A stretch of DNA of 57,812 bases, from NCBI RefSeq assembly GCF_000485595.1, contig NW_014577064.1:748885-806696 (forward strand). The letters are read 5' to 3'. This stretch comes from Priapulus caudatus (Eukaryota). Within the stretch, counting starts at the first letter, position 1; each line of letters starts with the position of its first letter. Positions 12,592 through 24,996 of the stretch are shown one piece after another. A program made the position numbers and the translations under genes. The notes below the pieces were generated by a model that worked only from the letters and a program-made list of their open reading frames with translations, was not told where the DNA came from and searched no databases.

Positions 12592-14301
12592 CATACGCGG
12601 GCCATAAGTTGTAGGTAAGTTATGCGATCGTTGACACACGTTCACACACGTTACTTGTAAGTTACTCATAAGTCGAAATACGTCGAGATAATGTCTAGCG
12701 TACCAAAAACTTATTTCTAACTTATGAGTAACGTGCTTTGAACCTATGTGCAACGCATATGGACGTATGTAGACGTATTTGACGTGTTCCGGACGACCAC
12801 AGAACTTACTGAACGTGTTTCTAACTTACAGCTACCGTATCATGGCGTATTGGCATCGTTTAGGAGAATTGGTATATAAAAATGATATTGGCATGTTGAT
12901 ACTGCGACGGAGATGTTGATACTGCGATGTCTAGTGCGGTTATGATTTGAATCGTCGAGCGGCAGCCTTTTTATAGGCTACGACACGTGATCGTCGGCGA
13001 TACGCTACCGCGCGCTATGCATAAGTTAGACTATCGTTGGGCATAAGTTGTGAACGCCGGCAACCCGCTAAGCATTCGTTGGTATAAGTTATCTATAAGT
13101 TATCGAAACGTTCTGTATACGTTACTAATACGTTAAGTATACGTCCAACTCGTTATGAATACGCTATGTATACGCCCAAAATTGAAAAAAAAACATCGAT
13201 AGTTCAGCGTATGCCAGCGTTTTAGAGAAATTTTGATACGTCCGGCATACGCTGGATAAATCGTCAAGGTGTGACAGAGCCATTATTTTAAAGAAGAGTT
13301 TTTAATAAAGACCGATGAAAGTCGTTATCAATTTAGCTTGTTTCAAAATGTATACTAGACAGGTCATTACACAACACTGAAGTATCTTGTGTTTGAATAC
13401 AACCGAAAATAAGGTCCCAAACATTCACATGCGGGTGTGTCAATGTTAGATCTAGGCATCCCGCTTAACGCTTTCGCGAAATATTGGGTGGCAAATCTTA
13501 TGTCAGTTATCCGAGAAATTAGTTGAAATTGGTTTTCTGTCGTTGCCATGCTTGTGACGGTCAAAGTAACGAAGTGGAACACGTTTTAATAACACCGAGA
13601 TGAACATTTCGTTCCAACTTCGCACACACAATGTATTGCACCGATGCCGACCATCGGGTGTGAACCGTCGTTCGGTTTGTGAACAAATTACACTTTATAA
13701 TGTGAAATGATGTCTACTCGACATTTCTTTTCAAACTGCAGAAGATGTACTGCAGTTTCCTAATCATCATATTAAATATCTATTAGCTCTACGTCGATAC
13801 TCTTCTAAATTTAGTTCGTAGCGGTGCCCCCGATTTCATAATGCTATAGGGAAACAGAAGAACCAGCTATTGGCGATATCTTACTGAAGTCCCGCTAACA
13901 AATTCACCAATGCAAATAAAAAATGAAAAGTAAACATTTTCAATTCTGTAACCTATAAAACGATACACGCATACCAACCAGTAGTAGGATTCGCCGTAAC
14001 GAGCTCAGCCTAGATACGCGTCAGCTATAGATTGTTATCGAAGCGTGAACGAAAGTTATTATCTGATGCTCGACATTAAATTCTCAGTGTAGTAACATGC
14101 TACCGCATACTAAAAAATCGGCTGGCTCTCGGAAAATGCGAATTATGAAAGCAAACAGGGCGGACTAGAACTTGTGCATGCGCGCGCGAGTTAATGCTCG
14201 CCCAAGGCGCGCTCAAGCCTTTTTCTTATCAGTCGCGGATTCATGGTTTCTTTCATGCTGATAATGCAAACCCACCAAAGTTCATTGTAGAATTGCAAAC
14301 A

Positions 14302-14336
14302 TATATAAGAAGAATATACTCGGGATATCGTCAGTC
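14302..14336 (+). promoter_or_regulatory. Core promoter of the CDA-like gene: TATA box + initiator
   Basis: TATATAA at 14302-14308 and TCAGTC (matches Inr consensus TCAKTY) at 14331-14336. The Inr A lies 31 nt after the TATA start and 29 nt before the ATG. Confidence 0.65.
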
Positions 14337-14361
14337 TGATTGCAGCCTCCGAAGTAGCAAC

Positions 14362-14404
14362 ATGAAGGTCCTCATCATTGCGCTATGCGCTCTCGTGTAT
14401 ATGG
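14362..14404 (+). CDS. CDA-like exon 1 (signal peptide)
   Basis: ATG...MKVLIIALCALVYM, hydrophobic, then a phase-1 donor G|GTAAGT. The intron ends at ...aacag (14632), followed by the first bases of exon 2. An indel-rich copy of the same exon lies at ~17525-17570, just upstream of paralogue B exon 2. Confidence 0.75.
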
Positions 14405-14645
14405 GTAAGTAGTTATTCATTTATAACTTGGTAGCATTGCTTGGTAGTGTGCCAGCGCTATATGGCGAGCGATTAATGCAGCCGTACTCGCAAATACTTT
14501 CCTATTGAATGCACAATAAATTCTAAAACATACACACACTATCCATTTATAAGTTAATACCGCATATTATACAATCAATAGAGTTACGAACACCATGACT
14601 AATTGTTGCATATTAATTATGATATACAACAGCCGCGGCCAGTCC

Positions 14646-14790
14646 ATACTAATATACTAATATAACTACTAATATACTAATATACTAATATACTAATATA
14701 ACTACTAATATACTAATATACTAATATAACTACTAATATACTAATATACTAATATAACTACTAATATACTAAAATACTAGTATAACTACA
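14646..14790. repeat. AT-rich (ATACTAAT / ATAACTACTAAT) tandem repeat
   Basis: Directly visible; begins right where the exon-2 match stops. Confidence 0.9.
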
Positions 14791-15490
14791 TCACGGCATC
14801 ACGGCGAGCGACGGCAGGCACGACTTGTCCCCCGATCACACTCATTAGCATTTACAGAGCATGTCGGCTTGCATCAGTAACGGTTGATGTTACTTGCATT
14901 CCTGACATGACAACACAAGTCCGCGGCTGCCAGGCGTGATACGTTTGCGTGTTGCTAATGATTGTCGCGCTCGCAGCACTAGAAATTCGACAGGCAGACA
15001 GACAGACAGAGATATACGCTAGATGCAACGATATTCACAGCAAGCAAAATCGCTATTTAATACGTGCAAATGTTCACGTGTGTGATCGGGGAATAGGCCA
15101 ACGCGTTATGCTATATGAATTGAGGTCTGCGAGTTAAATCTTGTATAGTGTATAAATGTTATTGATATCATAGCGATCAAATGCTTTCCATCACAAATCT
15201 CGCATTTGTTCGCTGACCCGCAAAATACCACGTGTATGCGCGACCCGCGTTCGATGGTGTAATGTGAACGGTTCATGTGAACTAAATGAGAAAGAAAGTG
15301 CAAGCCTTGGTCACATCCCGCGATGACCATTGCCGCTAAGCGGCTAACGTGACGAGTACCGACAGACTTAGATGCCTCGATAACAGTGCAGCGACAGGAC
15401 GATTGTATCTTTAACTGTGCGAGGTCAAAAAACATGCTAAAGCCTAAATTATGCAGGCGCGCATATTTCAAACATCATGAAGTTTGTGAT

Positions 15491-16400
15491 GGCCCTGTTA
15501 TTACACCTTGACGATTTAGCCAGCGTATGCCGGACGTATAAAAAAATTGGTGAATACGCTGGCGTACGTCGAATAAGTTATGAGTAAGCTTTGTATAAGT
15601 TAAGTTAAGAGTAAGTTAGGAGCACGCTGAAGCACGCTGGTATACGTCGTAGTACGGCGAGGTCGTCGAAAAAATTTGAGCATGTTCAAAATTTTCCGAC
15701 GTATGCCAGCGTATGCCCATACGTCCCGCATACGCGGGCCATAAGTTGTAGGTAAGTTATGCGATCGTTGACACACGTTCACACACGTTACTTGTAAGTT
15801 ACTCATAAGTCGAAATACGTCGAGATAATGTCTAGCGTACCAAAAACTTATTTCTAACTTATGAGTAACGTGCTTTGAACCTATGTGCAACGCATATGGA
15901 CGTATGTAGACGTATTTGACGTGTTCCGGACGACCACAGAACTTACTGAACGTGTTTCTAACTTACAGCTACCGTATCATGGCGTATTGGCATCGTTTAG
16001 GAGAATTGGTATATAAAAATGATATTGGCATGTTGATACTGCGACGGAGATGTTGATACTGCGATGTCTAGTGCGGTTATGATTTGAATCGTCGAGCGGC
16101 AGCCTTTTTATAGGCTACGACACGTGATCGTCGGCGATACGCTACCGCGCGCTATGCATAAGTTAGGCTGATCGATTGAGGATAAGTTGTGACAACGCCG
16201 GCAACCGCTAGCTTCGTTAGGTTGGTTACACGTTATCTTATAAGTTATGGCGGGTTTGGTTGAGTCGTTACTATATACGTTAAGTATACGATCCAACTCG
16301 CTTATGGAATACGGCTATGTATCCGCCAAATTGGATGATAGCTTCAGGCGTATGCCAGGTACGTGACGCTGGATAATCGTCAAGGGGTTGTGACAGAGCC
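15491..16400. mobile_element. ~910 bp non-autonomous TIR element (PIF/Harbinger-ISL2EU-like); 5'-truncated copy at 12590-13281
   Basis: Left end GGCCCTGTTATTACACCTTGACGATTTAGCCAGCGTATGCCGGACGTAT is near-complementary to right end ATACGTCCGGCATACGCTGGATAAATCGTCAAGGTGTGACAGAGCC (read from the clean copy). Flanked by AT on both sides. Confidence 0.75.
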
Positions 16401-17820
16401 ATGAGTTAATAAAGACGATGAAAGTCCGTTATCAATTTAGGCTTGTTTTCACAAATGTCCTATACTAGACAGGTCATTACACAACACTGAGTATCTGTGT
16501 TTTTTGAATACAACCCGAAATAAGTTCAAACTCACATCGCGGGCTGTGTCAAATGTTAGATCTAGGTCCCGCTTAACGCTTTTTTCTGCGAAAACTATTG
16601 CTGGTGGCCAATCTTATGTCAGTTATCGAGAATTAGTATGTGGTTTTCTGACTTCGGGTTTGTGTTATGCTTGGTGCACGTCAATTACAGAAGTGAACAC
16701 GTTTTAATAACAACGAGAATGAACATTTCGTTCCAAACTTCGCCAACAATAGCCTATCTGCACGATGCCGCATCGGGTTGTGGGTGTGAACAAATTACAC
16801 TTCTATAATGTGAATGATGTCTATCGCATTTTCTTTTTCTTATAACTGGCAGAACGCAATGTACTGGCGTTTACTAATCATCAGATTAAATAATCTTAGC
16901 TCTTACGTCGATACTCTTCTAGGGTGTGTGTGTGTGTGGCGGTGCCCCGATTCACTATGCCTTATAGGGCAAAACAGAATGAAAACCAGCTGATTGGCGA
17001 TAATCTTACTGAATGTCCCGCTAAGCAATTCACAATGCCAAATTAAAACTGAAAGTAAACATTATCTTCATTCTGTAACTATAAAACGATACACGCATAA
17101 CAACCCGTTAGTAGGGATATCGCACAGTAACGAGCTCAGCCTTAGATACGCGTCAGCTATGGCATTGTTATCGAAGGTGAACGCAAAGTCTTTTATCTGA
17201 TGCTCGACCATTATAATTCAGCTGTCAGTAACATGCTACCCGGCCATACTAAAAAATCGGCTGGCTCTACGGAAAATGGAATTATGCAAGCAAAACAGGG
17301 AGGACTAGATTGTGCAATGCCGCGCGCGAAGTTAATGGCTCGCCCAGGCGCGCTTCAAAGCCTTTTTCTTCATCAGCGATGTCGCGGATTCTGGTTTCTT
17401 CATGCGCTGATATGACAAAACCACCAAAGTTCATTGGTGTAGAATTGCAAAACACGTATATAAGCGAGAATATACTCAGAGACAGATATCGGTCAGTTGA
17501 ATTGCAGCCTCCGACAGTAGCAACGATTGAGAGTCCTTCATCTTCGCTATGCGTCTCGTGTATTATGGCTGTAAGTAGTTATTATTTATAACTTTCAGGC
17601 TAGCATTGCTTTCGTTAGTGTTGCCACGCGCTATATGGCCGAGGCATCTATGAGCCGCTCACTCGCAAATCACTTTCCATATTGTTGAAATGCACAACTA
17701 TAATTCTAAAACTTTACACACACTATCATTTTTAATAAGTTACATACCGCATATTATCAAATTCAATAGAGTTACGGAACACCATGACTAATTGGTTGCA
17801 TATTTTATGATATAAAACAG

Positions 17821-18116
17821 CCCGGCGCCAGTCCGCTGGAAAAGCGTACTCGGGAGTACCGATAAGGCAAAGAGGATGACCTGCCAACCTGAGATCGGCC
17901 GGCCTAAGAACTTCTCTACCGATGCCGCCGATTGCCAGGTGTTCTACATCTGCGATCACGGATGGCCGAAGATCCGTCGTTGCCCAGGTGACACCATCTG
18001 GACACCAGCATTGGAGAGATGCACCGACAAGTACTTTGCGGTTAACGACGAGTGCAGATACGAGGCTCCACCCACACCAGCACCTGTGGAAATCGCTCCA
18101 GAAGATCTTGACCCAG
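17821..18116 (+). CDS. CDA-like paralogue B exon 2: CBM14 (peritrophin-A) chitin-binding domain + Pro-rich linker
   Basis: Six-Cys pattern CQPEIGRPKNFSTDAADCQVFYICDHGWPKIRRCPGDTIWTPALERCTDKYFAVNDEC. Acceptor aaacag ends 17820 and donor GT is at 18117. The first ~55 nt are noisy. Confidence 0.85.
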
Positions 18117-18232
18117 GTACAATAAATTTAGTGTCTAGTTGCGAATGTTTTCAATCGTAATCGCAAGATATTTTTATCCGCGAGTTTCTAGTGCCGGTAT
18201 TTTGCATCTATAGCCGAATATAAATTTTCTAG

Positions 18233-18465
18233 CTGCGTGCTACGACCCAAGAAACATGTGCAATGTTGCAATCAATAACTCCGGTGGAGAGGATGAGGAG
18301 GGTTGTGCTCCGATCTGTGACCCTAACGCCTGCAGACTGCCAGACTGCAAGTGCAGTAGCCCAGACGCTCCAGGAAACCTCCAGTCAAATGAGATTCCAC
18401 AGCTGGTTATGATTGGATGGGATGGTGCTCTGAGAGTAGAGGACTACAACCATCTTCTCCAGCAG
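18233..18465 (+). CDS. CDA-like paralogue B exon 3: degenerate half LDLa + start of CE4 domain
   Basis: ttttctag|...cag|gtaat. Translation AACYDPRNMCNVAINNSGGEDEEGCAPICDPNACRLPDCKCS...IPQLVMIGWDGAL; the CDPxxCxLPDCxCS segment is typical of animal CDAs. Confidence 0.9.
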
Positions 18466-18626
18466 GTAATGTCAATGAAATCTCGGAATATGTTACGATG
18501 GTATGAGTAAGATCACGAGCGTATTAAGAAGAGCCTTCTTAATACGCTTTTGGTAAAATGCAATAATCTAACTTGTTCTTCCAATTATCTCGCTAGTAGA
18601 ACTTATCCTAAAATTACTGCTTGTAG

Positions 18627-18787
18627 ATCCTCAAGAAGGTGAATGCCCAGAGACAAAGAGAACCGCGAAGGAACCCCAATGGTTGCCCGTTAACCGCAAC
18701 TTTCTTCACAAGCCATCAGTTCACTGATTACGCAGCAGTCCAGTCGATGTACGCCGAGGGAAATGAGATCGCCTCATTCTCTATCAC
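18627..18787 (+). CDS. CDA-like paralogue B exon 4
   Basis: ttgtag|ILKKVNAQRQREPRRNPNGCPLTATFFTSHQFTDYAAVQSMYAEGNEIASFSIT|gtaagt. Contains the RxNPNGC...TFF signature; phases 0 and 2 fit the neighbouring exons. Confidence 0.9.
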
Positions 18788-18972
18788 GTAAGTAATGCTT
18801 TCTTGCTGTTAGATATTTCCGACTGCGGCAGTATTTCGTTTTAATGTAATGTATATATGTAAAATTTAGATTTTCAACAACATCTCAAAATACTCATTCA
18901 AGACTTACGTGATTATATCATATATTCATGTTGATCAAAACATTCTTACACCATGTTTTTATGGTTACACAG

Positions 18973-19786
18973 TAAGCAGCTGCCATCAGAGTACTGGGCC
19001 CAGGCTTCAGATGCCGAACTCTCTGCTGAGTATGCCGGACAGCGCGCCATGTTCAACAGGTTCTCTGGCATCCCAGCCAGCGCCATCAAGGGAGTGCGAT
19101 CTGCTTACCTGCAGACCAAGGGAAGCGACTTTGTTAACCTCATTAAGGATGATGGATTCACATGGGATTCTTCCTACCCTACCGACAAGATTGATCCTCC
19201 CCTGTGGCCATACACCTTCGATTACCAGTCCACTGGTGGCTGCGCCATCCCTCCATGCCCAACTTCGTCTATCTCTCGAATGTGGGAAGTTCCCCTCGTT
19301 GATTGGTATGACACCAACGACACGCTGTGCGCCAACGTTGACAGTTGTTATTATCCCAACGACAAGGCAGAGGCTCTTCAGCTCCTGCGTACCAACTTTG
19401 ACCGCCATTACAAGACCAACAAGGCTCCCTTCCCCATCAACCTCCGTGCCAGGTGGTTCCTCAACAATGGCTACTACAACATGGAGGCTCTCCAGCAGTT
19501 CCTTGATGAGATCCAGGAAAATCGCGATGTCTACTTCGTGACATACAGCCAGCTGATCGAGTACATGAAGAACCCAGTCAAGCTTGCTGATGTAGGAAGA
19601 TCTGAGGCGTTCACGTGCGACTTTGCTGGCCGCACCCCACTGTGCGCCCATCCCAACCTGTGTGGCTACTTCAACATCAGCTACGCGCCCAATGATGAGG
19701 AGCACCAGGGAGACCGTTTCTTCCAGACCTGTGTTGAGTGCCCAGCTGTGTACCCATGGGTGGACAACCCACTAGGAGAAGCATAA
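18973..19786 (+). CDS. CDA-like paralogue B exon 5 (CE4 domain C-terminal part, stop)
   Basis: Open ORF 18953-19786: KGVRSAYLQ, FTWDSS, PPLWPYTFDY, NFDRHYKTNKAPF, DVYFVT, and C-terminal QTCVECPAVYPWVDNPLG, all recognisable animal CDA segments. Acceptor acacag ends 18972. Confidence 0.93.
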
Positions 19787-20483
19787 GAGGATTTATAAAT
19801 CCAGTGCCACATCCCTGCTGACCACTTGAGCTTGAATATCACTTGAGATCCGGGTGTTTTTTTCTCTAATAACTATCGTGATTATATAGGTATAAATACA
19901 CTAACTAGCCAACTGCGCTTATCAACACCAAAGAACTATTATTCAATGCCAACACGACAGTGGCACAATGTTTACCAAGATTAGGTTTCTCGTGTGCTCT
20001 CAGTTGTAGCAGCAGCTTCATTCCTTTTACCAGAGCGAAGTTTGAATCATTAGGATTAGCATAAGGATGCAGAACCAAGATATGGACTGCATTGCATTAG
20101 GGTAAACCCCTAGGGAAAATTAACATAAAATTTCGCACGCATAGTTTTTACTTAGGTGAATTTCGTTTGCATGTAGCACTGCATGGCTATAGTAGGTTGT
20201 GATATGAGTGAATACTGTAAATAATGTATTTATACCTAACGCATTGCATGCTAAAATATAATAGGATTGAATTGAAACTTTACTTCCAGTGTATAATTCT
20301 ACCACACTACATAATGTACAAACTTAATCCACGCTACATAACTTCGAATAGTTAGTCACCTGACTTCCTGACTACCTGACATAACAACCTAAATTGTTTG
20401 ACGTTAGAAGGCAACACGGTACATACATACATCAGTGCACACCTATAGATATCCTATGCACACACGACTGGGTTAGTACTCAC

Positions 20484-20618
20484 CCTGGTCTTAGCTTCAG
20501 TGATAGCTTGATCAAGCGCGGCTGGAAGCATTCTCCCCACATCATCTGTTGCCATTTTGATGACGTTATTTGTGCCAAGTCCTAGCAAAGAGGCACCCTT
20601 CATTAACGAATAATGGCC
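20484..20618 (-). CDS. CSAD/GADL1-like exon (last one found in the window)
   Basis: tttcag|GHYSLMKGASLLGLGTNNVIKMATDDVGRMLPAALDQAITEAKTR|gtgagt. HYS motif, 135 nt, phase 0 at both ends. Confidence 0.92.
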
Positions 20619-20920
20619 CTGAAATAGACAAATAACATAACTTGCATTGCATAAACCTGCATTCAAAGTTATCAAAACACTATTTAATAGTAAATATAAA
20701 CAAAATGATATAACGCAAGCACGCAGGCCAAGTTTATCATAAAAGATGCGGTGGTCGTAAGCACTGAGTAAAGAAATAGGAAACGGAATAGCACGAGAGA
20801 GGCAGCAAACTGACAGAAAAGTATGAAATAGCAGCGAAGGGAACAGGGTGCAAGGAAAAATCAACAACATGCACAATTACCTGGTTTATTATTCACGAAA
20901 TATTATCAAATTATAACATA

Positions 20921-21516
20921 TTAAAGGAACAGTAGCCTCTAGGTTCTAGGGTTATTTTCAGCTAATTTAGGTTATAGTTGCGCTACATAAAAAGTTTCAT
21001 GGTTCAATCACCATTAAAAATATTTTTAACAAATGTTTTAAAACCAACGACTACAGTTTGATTACAACGACGGTGGCGCCACTCAAAGCGCACGATCTGA
21101 GAAGTTGCGCAAAACCACTTTCCAGCCAAGGGCTACAGACCGAGGGTATTTCTTATTTATTCATTTAAAAGCAAAAGGATTGTAATATCTTATATACGAC
21201 ATATAGTTTCAGTTATAATATGGATAAATTTGCCCTAAAATGAATATCGTTCGGTTAAATAGCATTTAGGTATAAATATAATTGTACTTTTGTGATTAGC
21301 CCTCGGTCATTTACCTGCAAAATAAAAATGCAAATACGCAACTTTTTCAGGGTGGCAGCACGGTCGCGGGTGTCATGGCGCCGTTCAAATTTCGTAGCGT
21401 TGATGTGTAAATAATTAATTAAGTATCTGGTGACAAATACATGTGGGTATAGACGATTTGTTATACAGTAAGTGCAGTTGTATGCAGTAAAATCCTAGAG
21501 GCTACTGTCCCTTTAA
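20921..21516. mobile_element. MITE with TTAA target duplication (Kolobok/T2-type ends)
   Basis: TTAA-AGGAACAGTAGCCTCTAGG ... CCTAGAGGCTACTGTCCCT-TTAA: 19-bp TIR with one mismatch. Confidence 0.85.
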
Positions 21517-23098
21517 GTGGACGTGAAATGAACGGGTGGGTGGGCGATCGAATAGATGATCACAATGACATGCGATCTACGGACCAACTACGTCAGCGCC
21601 AGAGATAGAAAACCATGCAGCCACAATGGAAATAATAGAATCTTTGGCATATACAGACGTTTGAATTATCGTTTTATTTCACAGTGGAATACGCTGCAAT
21701 CCTGCATGAAACGAAGCAATTTTTCGAGCTATACTTCCCGCCCGCCCTTTTCGGCAGAATCATAAAAGAATATCTGAGTTTAGGAAATTAGGTTTTCATA
21801 TTATGATGCATATTCATATATTTCTTCTGTTAGTAAAATGTGCATTTTGCCTTCCAATGTGCAGATTCAGCAGATGACTTTCTAATTTCCCAATTTGTTT
21901 TAGCTTAGTAGGATCGCTATGGTTGCTAATAACAATGCGATTTCCTTCCAGAGCTACCAGGGACATATAATAAGATTCGTTGCTAACAATTACAACAATA
22001 ACTCCTTACAAATAAGTTACTCTTGTTTATTTGCAACTTTCGCTAGTTTTCCTTCCTCTCTTATTAGAAAATCCCTGCATACAGGATTGTTTTACTTTAC
22101 TAATACGTGAAATAATCCGAGCAGCGACCCCCTGATCTTCTAATTAATGCTATAAACAATTCCATAATGTAACCGATGTCGCGCAAGATGGCGTTACTTC
22201 AAATTCATGTCCAAAGCACGCCGTTTACGGGCGCATCTGCGATAGCGTGTAGTAATTTATACACAAAGATAACGCAGCTACCGTACACTGTTTTTATACA
22301 CGTGTCAGTGTTGCGGCGTGTTAATGTCTAGATTAGATGAGGTTTCTTCTGCTTGCCAACCGGAACGCTGGGAGCAGCAAGCAGCAGGTTATCATTGATA
22401 TGCGCCCGTGGTGGCTACGGGAAGGACGTCACTATGCATACATCACTACTGGAATTGCGATCTATCGAAATTACCTCTGATGGTTTACGGGAACGTCATT
22501 AGCATGGTCACAAGTGGAAAATTGTTTCCAGCTGTGGAACCTCCGCAACCGTTCACAGTTATAATTCTTCGCGTCATAAAAAAAACGTTTCCTATGTTTG
22601 TGGCAATATGCTGCATTATGACGTACTGTTCTGCTTTTTACATGTACGATAGATGCATAGACGACTAAAAATCATATAATTATTGTTAGATTGGTTTGGC
22701 GGATTAATTTGTTGCGTATGTGCTAACGCCTTATAAATATTTTTATAAATTTGTGCCGTGCCACGTCTGACCAGCTATTTAAGAATACTAACGACTGGTA
22801 AAATTCACTAGCATGCGGAGATACCTACTATTTATTGTAACGATCATAGTGCCTTCCTGGTACGCATTCGTACATAAAATACACAGTTTGACGCAATATA
22901 ACATAAACTAGGTAGTAATAACATGTTAAGAATAGTTTTAATGTGTTATATTATACAATGATTTATAAAACCAACATTTCAACAGGTTTATGGCATTTTA
23001 TGGTTATACTAGAAAAGCAGGAGAACAATTTCTGCAAAACCGTCCATCTCTCACATGCACGTATGAGCAAAATACGAGCCGGCCCCACTTACGCTGAG

Positions 23099-23320
23099 AG
23101 GGTCTATGACCCCCCCCCCAGGGTACTGCCGGAACGTACCCTGGTACTATCTAATATGCCGGACCGTACCTCGCCTACTCCACTAACGAGTCTAGGGAGT
23201 CGCCTACGCCTACTCCCTAACCCTAACCCTAACCATATTAGATAGTTACCAGGGTACGTTCCGGTATACCGGACCGTACTCAGGGTACGTTCCGGCAGTA
23301 CCCTGGGGGACATAGACCCT
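23099..23320. mobile_element. 222-bp MITE with ~40-bp TIRs and internal (CCCTAA)n; related copies at ~33972-34192 and ~37720-37933
   Basis: AGGGTCTATG...CCCCAGGGTACTGCCGGAACGTACCCTG versus CAGGGTACGTTCCGGCAGTACCCTGGGGGACATAGACCCT. Confidence 0.85.
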
Positions 23321-24102
23321 ATGAGCCGCACTTACGCACTGTATCCGCTTCCAGTAAAAACAGGTCATCTTTGCTTGCTTTAGCCTAATGTTTATTAAGG
23401 CTTCAATTTCATCGCGAACGCATTTCATGATTAATAACGTGCGCGCATTCGTTGCTGTCAGAGCGGATCGTCTCTGTGACTCACTGCAGCTAGCTATTTT
23501 TTATGCATGCTAGCAAGTATGTGTTATTATCATAGATAATAGGTTATAGACACATAGATAACACATGCTAGACACACGATAGACACATAGATAATAGACA
23601 CATAGATAGTATGTGTTATTATCTACTCTTGATGCTAGCAATACAACTAGACCAAAATCATTATGGTGTCGAGCGCAATGTCACACCGCGCATTCCTTCT
23701 TGCTTTCCGTTCGGTTTATCGATTACCTAGTTAGAAATTTCTTGATAGATGTAGGTATATGTCGGCTGATATTAAAGGTGATGCCCGGAATATGTGTGTG
23801 AGAGTGGGGGTGAGGAGGTGAGAACATAATATTGGTAGAACATGGCCTTTCATAAACTTGTGTGCGTACGCGCGTGCGTTTGCATGAGTTTGTGTGTGTG
23901 CGTGCGCGTTTGCGTGCGTATGTGTGTGTATGTGCGCGTGCGCGCGTGTGTGTTCGTGCGTGTGTGCGTGTGTGCGTACGTACGCCTGTGCGTGTACGTG
24001 AGCGTGTGCTTGAGCGTATGTGTACGTGTGCGGGCGTGCGCGTGTGTGTGTGCGTGTGCGTATGTGCGTATGTGTGTGTGCGTGTGCGTGTGCGTATGTG
24101 CG

Positions 24103-24135
<33 letters not shown>

Positions 24136-24457
24136 GTCACGGACCTTAAGCGCATGCGTAACTATTCCTAACATATCGCCTCGATCATACCAATGTGTGG
24201 TATGGGTGCGCGAGTGCAAAGCTGAAGCAAGAGAATTTTCCGATATCAGGTTTTCGTAATCATGGACGTTTGGCCGCCGAATTATGACAAAAAAACATGC
24301 GAAACTCATACAGCAACTCAATTAATTTTTATTGGTTTTTCCATAATAATGTCATTGCTGTCTTTCACACTGCATGGATCGATAGTTTTACCTAAGGGCC
24401 GGCAGGGTTCGCTTAAGTAACGTCAGACATCTTTAGCTAACAAAGAGCAATGATCTG

Positions 24458-24996
24458 CAGGGGCGGATCCAGGGGGGGGGGTGCAGGAGGTGCCCCCTCC
24501 CTCTTCCCACGCAAAGTGCCCTTTTTGCAAAAGTTGCCAAACGGTATGTTTTGCCGCTAGGCCTGTATCTGACAAGTATTTCACTCAGTCGGACCCAATC
24601 AAGCCCTTGTTTTTCTTAGAATATATATATTGGTCGAGCCCAGAAGTCGGGCCATACCATGCTCAAATTCAAAACGGAAAATCTAGGTCCAAAACTAACC
24701 GCTGCCTTTCTTAAAATGATGTTAGCAATACAGTGGCGGCGCCATGCAGCATGGCGCCACTGTACGGTCGCCTGTATAGATGCACTGGATGAGTTACATT
24801 ATATTGCCAAATGCACGCATTTCAATCAGCTACGCCAAAAGCTCACATAAATTACTTATGGACCGAAAACCCATATATATGTGAAATTAATGAATTTAAA
24901 GAGTAAACAAAATTTTGAGGGCTTTGCCCCCCCCCTTGCAGTGCCTTTTTACAAAGGTTGCACCCCCTCCTTCCTAAAATCCTGGATCCGCCCCTG
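24458..24996. mobile_element. 539-bp MITE with 5-bp target duplication
   Basis: ATCTG-CAGGGGCGGATCCAGG ... CCTGGATCCGCCCCTG-ATCTG: perfect 16-bp TIR, plus an internal hairpin at ~24729-24764. Confidence 0.9.

Noticed and set aside
18909..19705. Overlapping ORFs 18909-19541 (+) and 19007-19705 (-)
   Set aside because: Alternative-frame and antisense shadows of the CDA-like last exon.
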